Source: Camelus ferus (taxonomy: Eukaryota). Taken from it: 64,000 nt of DNA. Of this stretch, positions 52,201 to 64,000 are shown one piece after another. The notes under the pieces are model-generated. The model was not told the DNA's origin. It made no database searches and saw only the letters and a list, made by a program, of their open reading frames with translations. The translations under genes and the position numbers were made by a program. Numbering within the stretch: the first letter of the stretch is position 1; the number at the start of each line of letters is the position of its first letter. The DNA is taken from NCBI RefSeq assembly GCF_009834535.1, contig NC_045707.1, positions 53,818,001 to 53,882,000 on the forward strand, in the 5' to 3' direction.

Positions 52201-52736
52201 AAGAACAGAAAAAATGGCAGGGATAATTTTGGGGAGGGAAGAGCATCAGGGTGAAGAGTGAAAACTCCAAGGTGTCATTTGAGTGTTGCCAAATCTCTCA
52301 CCTCCCAACACCTGGTGTTTGGACACACTGCACCGTGAAAGCAACCTTTCATCCAACCTACTCTCATCCCTCCTGACGTCCATATGGGACTGATTAGTAT
52401 GGAACGGACTGCACCTGGAGTGGGACTTTAAAGGCAAAACACACTGGTTCCCCAGCCAGGGCCTTCAAGCTGACTAATCCTATATTAAACCCACTCAATC
52501 TCCACCAGGCGATTCACAGCCTGTTAGTGATCCTTCAGTCTTTGCCTTTGGTTGAAATTACTTCAAGACGTGGCCATCACTTCCATGGGGTTATACATTT
52601 CTTTTGTTTAAAGACATTATTTTCACTTAAAAAAAAATCCCCTAGAGAATCATACTCAGAATCATTATGTAGATACTGGAGGTCAGAGAAAGTTTTAGTA
52701 TTTAAATCAACAAAATCCTAATTTTTGGTGCAAGTA

Positions 52737-52942
52737 AGAGGTTGGCAAACTTTTGCGTAAAGGCCACATAATAAATATTTAGTTTATCTGGGCTATAATG
52801 TCAGTGTCTCAACCACTCAGCTCTGTCAGTGTCCTGTGGAAAGAGACATAGGCAATACATAATTAAATTAGCGTGACTGTATTTCAACAAAATGTTTTTT
52901 ACAAAAATAGGTGGTGGGATAGTTGTAACTGCCAGGCCCTGG
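52737..52942 (+). mobile_element. hAT-Charlie MITE, MER58A-like
   Basis: aggttggcaaacttttgcgtaaaggccacataataaatattt...accactcagctctg...ttacaaaaataggtgg. Confidence 0.7.
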
Positions 52943-53519
52943 TTGACTGAAAAATTTCCTTTATTTATCTCCTTCCAACCCCTTTCCACCTCTCATGCTT
53001 CAAATAATAAAAGAAACATTTACCATCTACTATCTCAGGCAACTTAGGCTTCAAGGATGAGAGTCAGTCCAGGACCTGACTGGCAAACTAGCAAAAAAGA
53101 AAGAAAACGCTGTTCCTCAGTGCACACTGGATTCTGTAGATGCATCAGGAATGGGTATCCATTTCTATCTGGGGTGATGAGAGCAGGGTTTTTCAGAGAA
53201 GGTAAGGGAATTTTCCTAGAGGAAGCAACATTTGAAGCAGTGTAGGGGCTAGTCAGATGAGGAAAGGGGGAAAAAATGTGTTTCAGGCCAAGGAAGTAGG
53301 TTATGGAAAAGCCCAGAGTGAAAAATAGAATCATGACAGATACAGTGCAGTCCAGTCTAGCAATTCATAGTGTGATAGATGTGACTGTGACAGCCAGGGA
53401 CCCTCAAACTAGGTCTGTCAGAGATCAGCACGACGTTAGGAATAGCTAACTCAAGGTGCGTGTTAAAGAGGGCTTGGCTATGGGTTGGAGCAATCAGATC
53501 ATGGAAGGAATTCTAGGAA

Positions 53520-53625
53520 TAGGCACGAGAGAAGTAAGAATAGAAGAGAGAGTGAGAGAAAAAGAGACAGAGACAGGAGAGGGATGAAGAGAGGAAGGAA
53601 GAGATGTAAAGAAATTGAAGATGAA
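53520..53625. repeat. GA-rich low-complexity tract
   Basis: gagagagtgagagaaaaagagacagagacaggagagggatgaagagaggaaggaagag. Confidence 0.7.
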
Positions 53626-55200
53626 GGACTTGGAAACCATTTAAAGATTTTAATCAAGGAAGGTACATGACTAGACTTTCCGTTTAAAAAGGGCAGCCTG
53701 GCAATATTATAGAGCACAAATGTAAAAGTGGGCAGGAGATTATAATAATATGACATGTCATGACTTACTATCATAATTTACTGTAAAGCTGAAAGTTGTC
53801 TGAACTGTAGTAGTGGTGATAGAGCTGAGGCTCACATATTTGAGACATTTTGGAGAAAGACTAAAACAGACATGGTGACTGGTAGTTAAAGGGGGATGAG
53901 ATAGAGAAAAGAATCTAGGAAGACTCCCAGTTTTCAAGCTTGAGACAAAGGGTGGGGAGATGTGATAACATTCAGTAAGATGGGAAATCAAGAGATGGAA
54001 TAGTTTGAGATTGGAGAAGATGGTGAATGAGTTTTGACGGGTCAAATTTGAAGTGCCTGTGGGTACTATAAATACCAAGTAAACATGTCAAAATGGAAGT
54101 TGGGAATATTGGTTTAGAACTCAAGGGAAACATAAGTAGATCTGGGAACTATCATCATACAACTGGCTGATAAAATTGAGGTTAGTATTAAAGTCACCCA
54201 GAAGATGTGTACAGTGAGACAAGAAATGAGTCACAGAAAGCTGGTGATGCCTATTTTATCAGTTATCATTACTGATAATAAAATATCCTAGAAATTAGTG
54301 GCTGAAAACAACAATTTTATTATTTGTCATGATCCTGTGGGTAAACTAGGGTGGTTCTTCTGGCCTTTGCCTGGGTTTGCTCACGAGCAGTGGGTTGGTT
54401 GAGGGTTGGGTTCCAATGGCACAGCTGAGATGGCTCAGTCTGTCTCTCTCCCAGTGGTCTTTCCTCTCAGGCTTTTTCTTCCGACAACTGTCTCAGGACA
54501 GCACTCTAGGAGGAAGAAGGCAGAAGCTTGAAGACTTCTTGACGCATGGACTCCAGACCTTGCACACATCGTTTTTATCAAATTCTATTGGCCATCCTTA
54601 GTCCCAAGGTCTATTTCAGGAAAAAGAAATAGACTCTGTCTCTTGATAGGAGGCACTACAAAGAATGTGTGGTCACCCCTGAATGATACCTACATTTACT
54701 GAATATGCAGAGGAAGCAAGGCCCTTGCAGGAACTGAGAAGGAGAAGCTAGAAAGATAAAGGAAGAACCATGGAGCGTGAAATCAAGAAGTTAAGGAATG
54801 GATTGCTGCACGAATGGGAGGGAAAGGTCGCAATGCATGTCACAAAGAGGTCAAGTCAGATCAGTTCCAAAAATGGCTATTGGATTTGGTAGGAGATCTC
54901 TGATAAATCTAAGAAGAAATATGTCTGTTAGGGGTGTGTGGGGGTGGAAGTCATTTTCTGGTGGTGGTTGTTACTGGAAATTGATGAACTAGAGAAAGTG
55001 ACTGTGGATTATTACCATTGGCATTTGTGAAGGAAGGATAGTTGAGGTATGTGGTCAAATGATGGTAGTTAGAATGTGACCTGATAGTAGGAAGGACCAG
55101 AGGTAAAGGCAGAAGATAAAAAGAGTTTAAGCAGTGATAAATTATGAAGCAAAGTCCTAGAGGAGGTGAGGAGGTGGAGGCAGTGAAATTCAGAGCACAT
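53620..55200 (-). mobile_element. L2 remnants in the RASSF9 intron
   Basis: gactcccagttttcaagcttga...aaatttgaagtgcctgtggg...gaactgagaaggag...tggctattggatttgg. Confidence 0.6.
54255..54680 (-). mobile_element. MaLR LTR (old MLT1 subfamily) inside an L2
   Basis: atcagttatcattactgataataaaatatcctagaaattagtggctgaaaacaaca...attctattggcc...atagactctgtctcttgataggagg. Confidence 0.65.
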
Positions 55201-55402
55201 TAAAGAGAGAAAAACTTTGGGAGGGTAAATTCGCACAAGGTACTCTCGTTAGAGATGACCGGTGTTTTTCTCTTATCAATGATGTTTCCAAATATCACCT
55301 TTTCCTTAACAAAATGGCATGATAGTCCCTGATGTATCCTTGTTTCCACAAGTTACTAATGTGTTGTTGCTCTCTAGGTAATTGATTTGTGACTAAAGTG
55401 AA

Positions 55403-55766
55403 GAGCTGATTATTATCTTTTTTTTAATTTTTAATTTTATTTTAGAAAGACAAACAGGGTTTTATTTATAATATCTAAAGGGACAGAGCCTTCTGAATCC
55501 CAGATATCAAAGGGCAGTACAAAAGGAGAAACTAACAGCAATAGGAACCATATCCTGTAAGCATCTTTCTGCTTTACTTAAGATCTCTGTTGCTCAAAAC
55601 CCTACCAAAATGAAACTGTTGTGGAAACAAATACCATGAATTCAAAATGATTCAGGAAAGTCTGATTTTTTATATTAATCTTTATGCAGTAAGAGTACAT
55701 GGGAGAGGGAAATAGACATTACTAAATCCCCAATCTCTTTTTTTTTTTTTTTGAGCTGATTATCTT
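55403..55766 (-). mobile_element. Orphan 3' transduction-like insertion (~330 bp) in the RASSF9 intron
   Basis: gagctgattat(tat)ctt at 55403-55419 and gagctgattatctt at 55753-55766. Minus strand reads A15, unique sequence, AATAAA (55461-55466), ~17 nt, then an A-rich tail. Confidence 0.75.
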
Positions 55767-57054
55767 AGATGGAACTTCCAATTGGAAGTCTCAATTTACT
55801 ACATTTTATTATACAGGATGTTCAGAAAATGGAAATCAGGGATACAGTGTGTCAAACACAGAAATGAGCATCTTGTGTTTGCAGCTATCCTACTGGATAA
55901 TTCAAATTCTTACATATTTCTAGTGCCATTCAAATATGCTGGCATATCTCAGAATACATTTAGAGAAGGAAGAGTAGGTGGCTGCAGGCAGATAGAAGCT
56001 GAAAATCACCATCATTATGAAATATCTTCCCCTAAGAAGGCAAAACGAACTATGGACCTAGCTGTCAAAAGGAAAACAAATGTTAGTAGTTGACATAACT
56101 ACTGCTATCATTCGACTAAATATGCAGGCGAGGTAACTCTTCTCTAATAAATATGTGTGGTTGTTATGAAATATTTCTTTACAAAGAAAAAAAATCAATA
56201 AGGAAACTTAAGGTATTTGCCAGGCACAGGTAACACTGGGAAGTAAGCTCTAGAATTTCCAATGAGATTAGATATTTTCTCAGCATTTCATCTGGTAAAT
56301 ACTACATGTTAAATATTTACATTTTGGGTATAATCAATTTCCGGGTTCTGAACTATGAGCTTAGTTTACTTAACTCCCGCTAGTCTGCAGTACACATTCC
56401 TTTCACATTCCCTTCCCGTTTCTGTGTTTATGGGAATTAAGTACAATATTATTGCTACCCTGCAGTTAAGGAATGCCTAGGGTTTTTCTTATCCTGCATG
56501 ACTGGCTAATGTTACTTCCTAGAAAATTAAATTGGCATTAGTAGAACATAAAACGAGAGATTTTTTTCTGCATATGTAGGTCTAGGTATGTATAAAATTT
56601 TTGATTTTCAAGGTATTTTACTTTCTGACTGCCCCAGTTTTTCATAGAATGATGAGTTTTCTGAAGGACTGCAATTTTAAAAATTTTGATAAAATGTGAC
56701 TAGTTTGTGTTTAGTAAAAACTATTTGATCACACTGTTTTCATGCTTCATCTGTCAAAACAGGGATCCAAATTTTCACAGGGACCCAAGGAAAGACTTGT
56801 ATTCTTTATGGCTGATAGGCCCTGTGGCGATCTCCTCCTGAGATCACAGCACTGTGATCTCAAAGATGTTACATCAGAGGGTATCTGCCACGTGCTGAGT
56901 GAAATAACCAGAGTTAGCTTATGGGCCAGAGGGCTTCTTCACCATTTGCCTGCTTCATTAATTCTAAATTTGCTTGAACTTTGTGTAGGTGTGTTTACTT
57001 TATAGAAAGAATCAAAATTGTCATTTAATATTGTTTTTTTAATTGTATGTATAG

Positions 57055-57335
57055 TGTAGGGGAATAAAAAGTTTTCCTTGACCCACTTAAGGTCCCTGCT
57101 TGGGTCTGAAAATTAAACTGACCAAGACACACGTTGTAACTGACTATACATCAGTAACATACATACATACATACCAAGACAAATTAACAGGAGAAAGGCA
57201 TTCAAGTTTATTTAATATAAGCTTTACATGAGATAGGAGCCTTCCCAAGGAAATGGAGACCCAAAGAAATGGCTAAACCTGAGTCTTTTTATGCTAGGTT
57301 TGATGAAGCATGGACAGTCATGGAGACAGAGATGG
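57055..57335 (-). mobile_element. ERV1 LTR fragment (MER34/MER39-like)
   Basis: Starts tgtagggggaataaaaagttttcc, the reverse complement of a ...ttccccctaca terminus. Interrupted by the mini-L1 at 57121-57181. Confidence 0.55.
57121..57181 (+). mobile_element. Minimal L1 3' terminus (~43 bp) with 9-bp TSD accaagaca and (ACAT)n tail
   Basis: cacgttgtaactgactatacatcagtaa matches the L1 terminus seen at 48082-48135. Repeats at 57121-57129 and 57173-57181. Confidence 0.7.
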
Positions 57336-60115
57336 AAGTCACCCTTGACTATAGATAGGTCAAGGAATATCAAGTATTACAGTGAAAGGTACAGAGGATT
57401 AGAAAAAAAAAAGATTAGTCAAAATGGAAAGTGACTGTTAGTCATAGTTAAGACGAAATCATAAATTTAAAACTTCAAGTATTGATCTCACTATAACTTT
57501 TTTGCAAATCTTTATAAATAATCTTGTTAATGTTTCAGAGGGAAAAAAGAAAGCATTAGATAAAAATGAGTACTGTAGCATAATGAATTCTTTTTTTATT
57601 TTCCTCTGTCTATATAAATGATTTTCAAACATGTTTTGTGATTATAAACTATGTTAAAATAAACGGAATTGCGCTAAGCCACAAAACAGACTATTTCCAT
57701 GAGAACCTTAGGATGTGTTGAACATTACCAAATTTAATAGAGTATTAAAATATGTGTATAATTTTTAAGACTGTGTGCATGAAAAATGTCATAAATATAC
57801 ATACTTCTAGATGTAGTATAATATATAGTTAGAATGTATAGTAAAATATATCGAATAGAGTTTCAAATTACTTTTAATTCAGTTTCCAATGAGTAAAACA
57901 GTTAAAGATAATTGTGTAAAGCAGTTATATATTGGTGGGAGTCACAGTTTAGATACCAAGAGCATTTTCTCTTATGAACCATTCTTGAAATAAACTAGTT
58001 CGAATCTAGTCAAAACACAACCAAAATCTTATTCAGTTCTTCAATACACATTTCAGTGTAAAATTTCATAAGCTTTATTGATTTTTGTGTGTTTTAATCA
58101 TGAGCAGAATTTGAGATACCCTATGTAACATCATGCAAGACATTTTAAAACGTTATATTTATTCATTGTTTTTGTCTCCTAAAATGGATAATTTAAATAA
58201 TCTTGCTATATAATGCCATGACCTGATTAAATTCTGGCCTATAAAAATTCCCTATCTACTTGCAAATTGTATGCATGAACATTTATCAAATTAACTTGAA
58301 ATTTCAAATTTAAACTGGTGTGAATTAAGTGTGTGTGTGGTAGTTACTTTATTCTTACAAATGTAATCTTTTGGAGTAAATGTTTTTACTCTATAATGTA
58401 ACATGGAAGTTACGAATTTTGAGTCCTATAAATCCAAGCAGTTCCCAATTTATACCCAGTTGAACTATAAATAATCTGTACTTGCAAACAGATACGGCAT
58501 TCCTATATAGCCTCTTATCTCAGTGTCCACCTGTTGTTACTTTCTCCAGGTAACCTTTCTCCAAGCAACCTCCATCCATGTTGACCTTACCATCTGCCAT
58601 GAATCTCTTTGTCTCTGCTTCTTCGGTATTACAGAATCAGATACATGGGACTCTCTCAATACTTGCCTTTATACTGGATGTTCAAATAAAAGAATGATAG
58701 AGTTGAAGGAACCCAATTTATACCAGTTGGACTATGAGGCTACTAATAAAGGCATTAATTTTCTCATATGTAATGTGGAAATAATAACATCTCTCTTGAT
58801 TGTACATAGTGACTATCAGGGTTATGTCAGCCCACATGAGCTTGAAAACTAGCAGATCTCCAGGGGAAGCCATATATGTAAGAACTCGTTCCTACGAAAC
58901 AAAGAGAATCCCAATTGGAGTAGGGATCACAGAAGTACTGGGAAATTGTTGTGTGTGTCATTATTATTATTCTAGGATACAGAAGGAGTCATCCCTACAT
59001 CCAGACTTCTTCACGATGCAGTATCGGGCTGAAGGAGACAGCAGTAAAGGCTTTTATGTATGTGAGAGTTTTGTCAGCTAAGGGAGATACCAGGCCAGAC
59101 AGAAATCCTTTATTACTGCATCAAAGCAGGAACAAGATTAATAAAAAAGGCACAAAAGAGAACACGTTTCCACATCATTTCTCCATAGCTGGCCGTTGGA
59201 AAAGTCGAGTGCATGGGGCACTGTGGTTCTATTACTATCAAAGGCTAATTTATGTGACAAAGTTCCTCTTTAAAAAGTAGTTTATGATTCTTTTCCAACT
59301 TAATGCACACGCCTAAACCGTCAAACTTGTAAACTTGTTTTTATAGTGTAATGGATAGAAACACAGTCTGGAGCCAGCTTTCTTGCTCAAGCTGACTCCT
59401 TGCCTCACCACAAACTGGGTGACTATGTCTCTATTCAAATGTCACCTTCTTGGAGAAGTCTCTCAGAGGCAGTCTAAATAAAGCAGACCGTTCCTTCTTC
59501 CAGCTCATTCTCTATCCCTTCATCCAGTTTGATTTTCTTCCTAACATTTACCACTATCTGATATTATATTAATTATGCATGCATGTCTGCGTCCTTATCT
59601 CTTTTGCTTATTGCTGTATCTTTAACATCTTCAGACATGTCTGGCCCATGGTTGGCATACAATAAATATTTGTTGAATGAAAGAATCACTAAGTGCAATA
59701 ATGGACTATTTTCAACCCTCTGACCTTAATATCCTCCTGTCATTCGTACTTATGCATCTGTGGTTCTTCCCTAGTCCTAAGGATCAAACAAAAATAGTCC
59801 TGTTCTATCTCTTTTTGATCTCTACTTAGATTATTGTCTTAACGCTGGCAGTTCTAACTGTAGTTGTATTGTGGCTGACTTCTAAAGATAAATTAAAATT
59901 GCCTCTGTTGTCTTTGGTGACAACTTGCTCTTTCCGAAGCCCACCAGGAATTACAAAGGAAATTAAGATATTTTTCATGGTTTTCATTTTTTTCCCTTGC
60001 CCTAAAACCACTGATTCTTAAGTAGTTTCAACCTCAAAACGCATCTCTCACTAAGGATAAAATCTAGAATGGGTATTAAAGTTAAACCATCTTTCTGAGT
60101 TTACACAGGTGATGA

Positions 60116-61408
<1,293 letters not shown>

Positions 61409-61530
61409 TTTGAAAGGCTTCTTTCTGACCTACTTTAATGTCGTTCGTGTTTGTTTAATTTAATAGGAAACTTTATTTCAAATATTATACTCGGAAAAAA
61501 ACGTAAAGCATATTAAAGTATTCAGTAGTT

Positions 61531-63658
61531 AATAAAAACTAGAGAAATTTGTAAGTTTCGTTTTGAGTTAAGACTTCCAACGTGACCTAATTATTACAAG
61601 TTCAAACAATGAACTGTTTATTAGGAGTTCGGCACAAATAGCTTGCAGGTGTACAACAGAGAAATAGTTTGATGGGAATTATAATCGCCCATAGCTTCTA
61701 TGAGAAATGATTTGTGCAAACTTCAAACTAATTCTTAATATTAGACAATTGATATATTGAAACTCTACACGTGAACAAATAAAATTAAAATGTGCTGTAA
61801 TATATTTTTGACTGTATCATTGGAATTTTACAATCTGTAAAGTACATGACAGCTATTATATTGTAACTGTTATTAATTCCGATCTTGGTTCTTTTCACTG
61901 ATACTTAGAATGTATACCATCTCTGTTACCTGCGGAACTCCTCTACCTGTTTAGGCCTAGGTGACAGGAGGTAGAAAAGGTTGCTCTTGGGACATGCACA
62001 AGTGGATCAGACAGGGTTACAGATGAAGAAGGGGGTGCAGCATGAAACAGCAACTTTTCTAACGAAGCCTAAAATTATTTAGAGATGTGCATGTGTTTTC
62101 TCTATCTGCCATTCGAAGCTTTGGATCAAACCAGCAGTCTGTGCAGGTTCATTCTTTGAGTGAGATGATAGTGTGGGTTACAGAGAAAAATCACTGGGTC
62201 ATCGTCCTGTGTAATTATGCCCTATTCACAAAAGTTGAAGGGATGCAACTTGGGGTCCTTTGTGTGGGTATAAAATAGAGTTCGACGTGCCATAAGTATG
62301 AGCATTTTGTCTCTGAACAAATGGAGAACTAATATGGTCAAAACTCTTTTGTTCTGCTATGCTGTAATTTAGATTGTCTTTGTAGTACTTTGTTTAAGAT
62401 GCAAACTGAAATAAAAAAGTGCTGGCTCGACCTGCTACCCAATCTTCGAGCACGATAGTAAATATCCAACAAATTGAACAGACTATTTAGATCCCATCTG
62501 AACTGACAGTCATTACAGTGCCAGATGGGGCTCGGTTTCAATTTTGTTGTTTTTAGGAAGTTTCTGTCTCCCTCCTTCTCTTTCTTCTCTCCTTTCCCTT
62601 CTTTGCTTCTTGCCAGCGAACCCATGGTATAATCATACTGAAAACAATTTAATTGTTTTATTCTACTGTTAAATGAATACACTTGCCGCTAATTTTTTTC
62701 TTTAGCTGACACATTTCCTATATGTCAGTGCACATGTAAGTAGAAATATTATTTTACTTAGTTTTCACATGTGGGTATCAGTTAAGATTCCCAGTATTTC
62801 TCATTTCTTCCCTTTTACTCTTATGTTTACGGCAGTGCATGTTTTAACTCAGTTTCTTAATCTGTTTTTAAATTTCTCCATTCCCCCAGACTTTTCACCA
62901 ATCTTTGGGAAGATATTTAGAATTGTCTTAATACTTCACTTTTGGGAAGCATCTAATGTTGCCATTTTTCATACCAAGATATTGCTGAAGGCCTTATTTG
63001 AAGTTGGAAGTTAAGAAAAGTAGGAATTTCTACTCCAGGGAAAGTACAGTGATAGAGAGTAAATAATAATGCTATGATGGGTTTAGTTAAAAAGAAATAA
63101 CAGGGCAATTGAATAATCGCCTGAGAAAGGGAAGTTTATTTGCCTAATATCCCATTAAATCACTCAGCAATATGGTAAGCAATTGACATATTTATTGTTC
63201 ACTGCTGGGGATTAAATTCAGAAGATCATCATCAATGATAAGCCATTTGTGATGTTTTTCTAAAATGAATGTAATCTCTTTGGATTACTCTTTAGTGAGA
63301 AAATAATGAAAAGAACATTGTTATCTGCTATGTAAATTGATCAATTATCCGAATTCAAAAGAAGTTCTGATAAGAAACAGAACTAGACAGATCATTTCAC
63401 TTTAAAAACTGAATTAATGTGTGCTTTTATGTAGTTAAGCACAGCGATGCATTCTAAGGGCCAATTCTCCTATATTTTTACAGTAAATGATGTTAAAAAT
63501 TTATCAGAAAGATGATTGAGTTCGAAGTTCACATGAGGAGATTTCTGTGTGTTCTCTACTTATCCAAATGTATTTGTGCTTTTGATTCATTGCAATATTA
63601 AATCAAAAGTTAACCATGATGAATCTCTAATTTAGAGTAATATATTAATACAAATAAA
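61531..63658 (+). terminator. RASSF9: RASSF9 3' UTR candidate poly(A) signals (AATAAA at 61531, 61778, 62410, 63653)
   Basis: Canonical hexamers downstream of the stop in AT-rich sequence without obvious repeats. Which are used cannot be told from sequence. Confidence 0.45.
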
Positions 63659-64000
63659 AATACTAAAATACGATGCCCTCATCTCTGAATACTGAGCTAT
63701 TCTTTAATCAAATTGTGAGAATTTATATTATAAATTCAAAACTTAATGTTTTAATTACTTGTAGAAGCTTTATAATAAAATGTTTATAAATTGAGTAACC
63801 TCACAGGTTAACTATGAAATTGCTCTATGCAGCTAGAAAGTAGCAAGCCACACACAGGTGACTTTTCTTTCTTCCTGTAACAAGACTTAGATTTTTCACA
63901 GACTGTGCCTTGTTCATCCTCCCACGTGAAATGTCTGCTTTTGCTTTGATCTGCTATAACCTGAAATCCCACCCATTTCAGGCTTTTTAACATGTTACCT

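Noticed and set aside
53485..53774. Arg/Glu-rich and Leu/Ser-rich ORFs
   Set aside because: Translations of a GA-rich low-complexity tract.

Overview
Eutherian mammalian genomic DNA (AT-rich, repeat-rich, no prokaryotic features). It holds two complete protein-coding genes arranged head-to-head about 28 kb apart. NTS (pre-pro-neurotensin/neuromedin N) is on the minus strand in 4 coding exons (14383-14311, 12066-12005, 6411-6187, 3892-3740; 513 nt, 170 aa), with a TATA box and a proximal TGACATCA CRE/AP-1 element. RASSF9 is on the plus strand in 2 coding exons (42450-42496, 60148-61408; 1308 nt, 435 aa), driven by a CpG island. The rest is old L2, MIR, L1, MaLR/ERV LTR and hAT remnants plus a few younger L1 3' ends, tentatively camelid-type. 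I found no convincing new protein-coding system. The most unusual items are two TSD-flanked, poly(A)-tailed insertions of sequence that is not itself an L1 or SINE body: a ~1 kb CpG-rich retrocopy or transduction with a double poly(A) at 19587-20623, and a ~330 bp orphan 3' transduction at 55403-55766. Also notable are an isolated strong CTCF motif between the two genes, a cluster of NF-kB-like sites around RASSF9 exon 1, and a beta-TrCP-like degron in the RASSF9 tail. Repeat family names come from recognition by eye, not a database search, and repeat boundaries are approximate.
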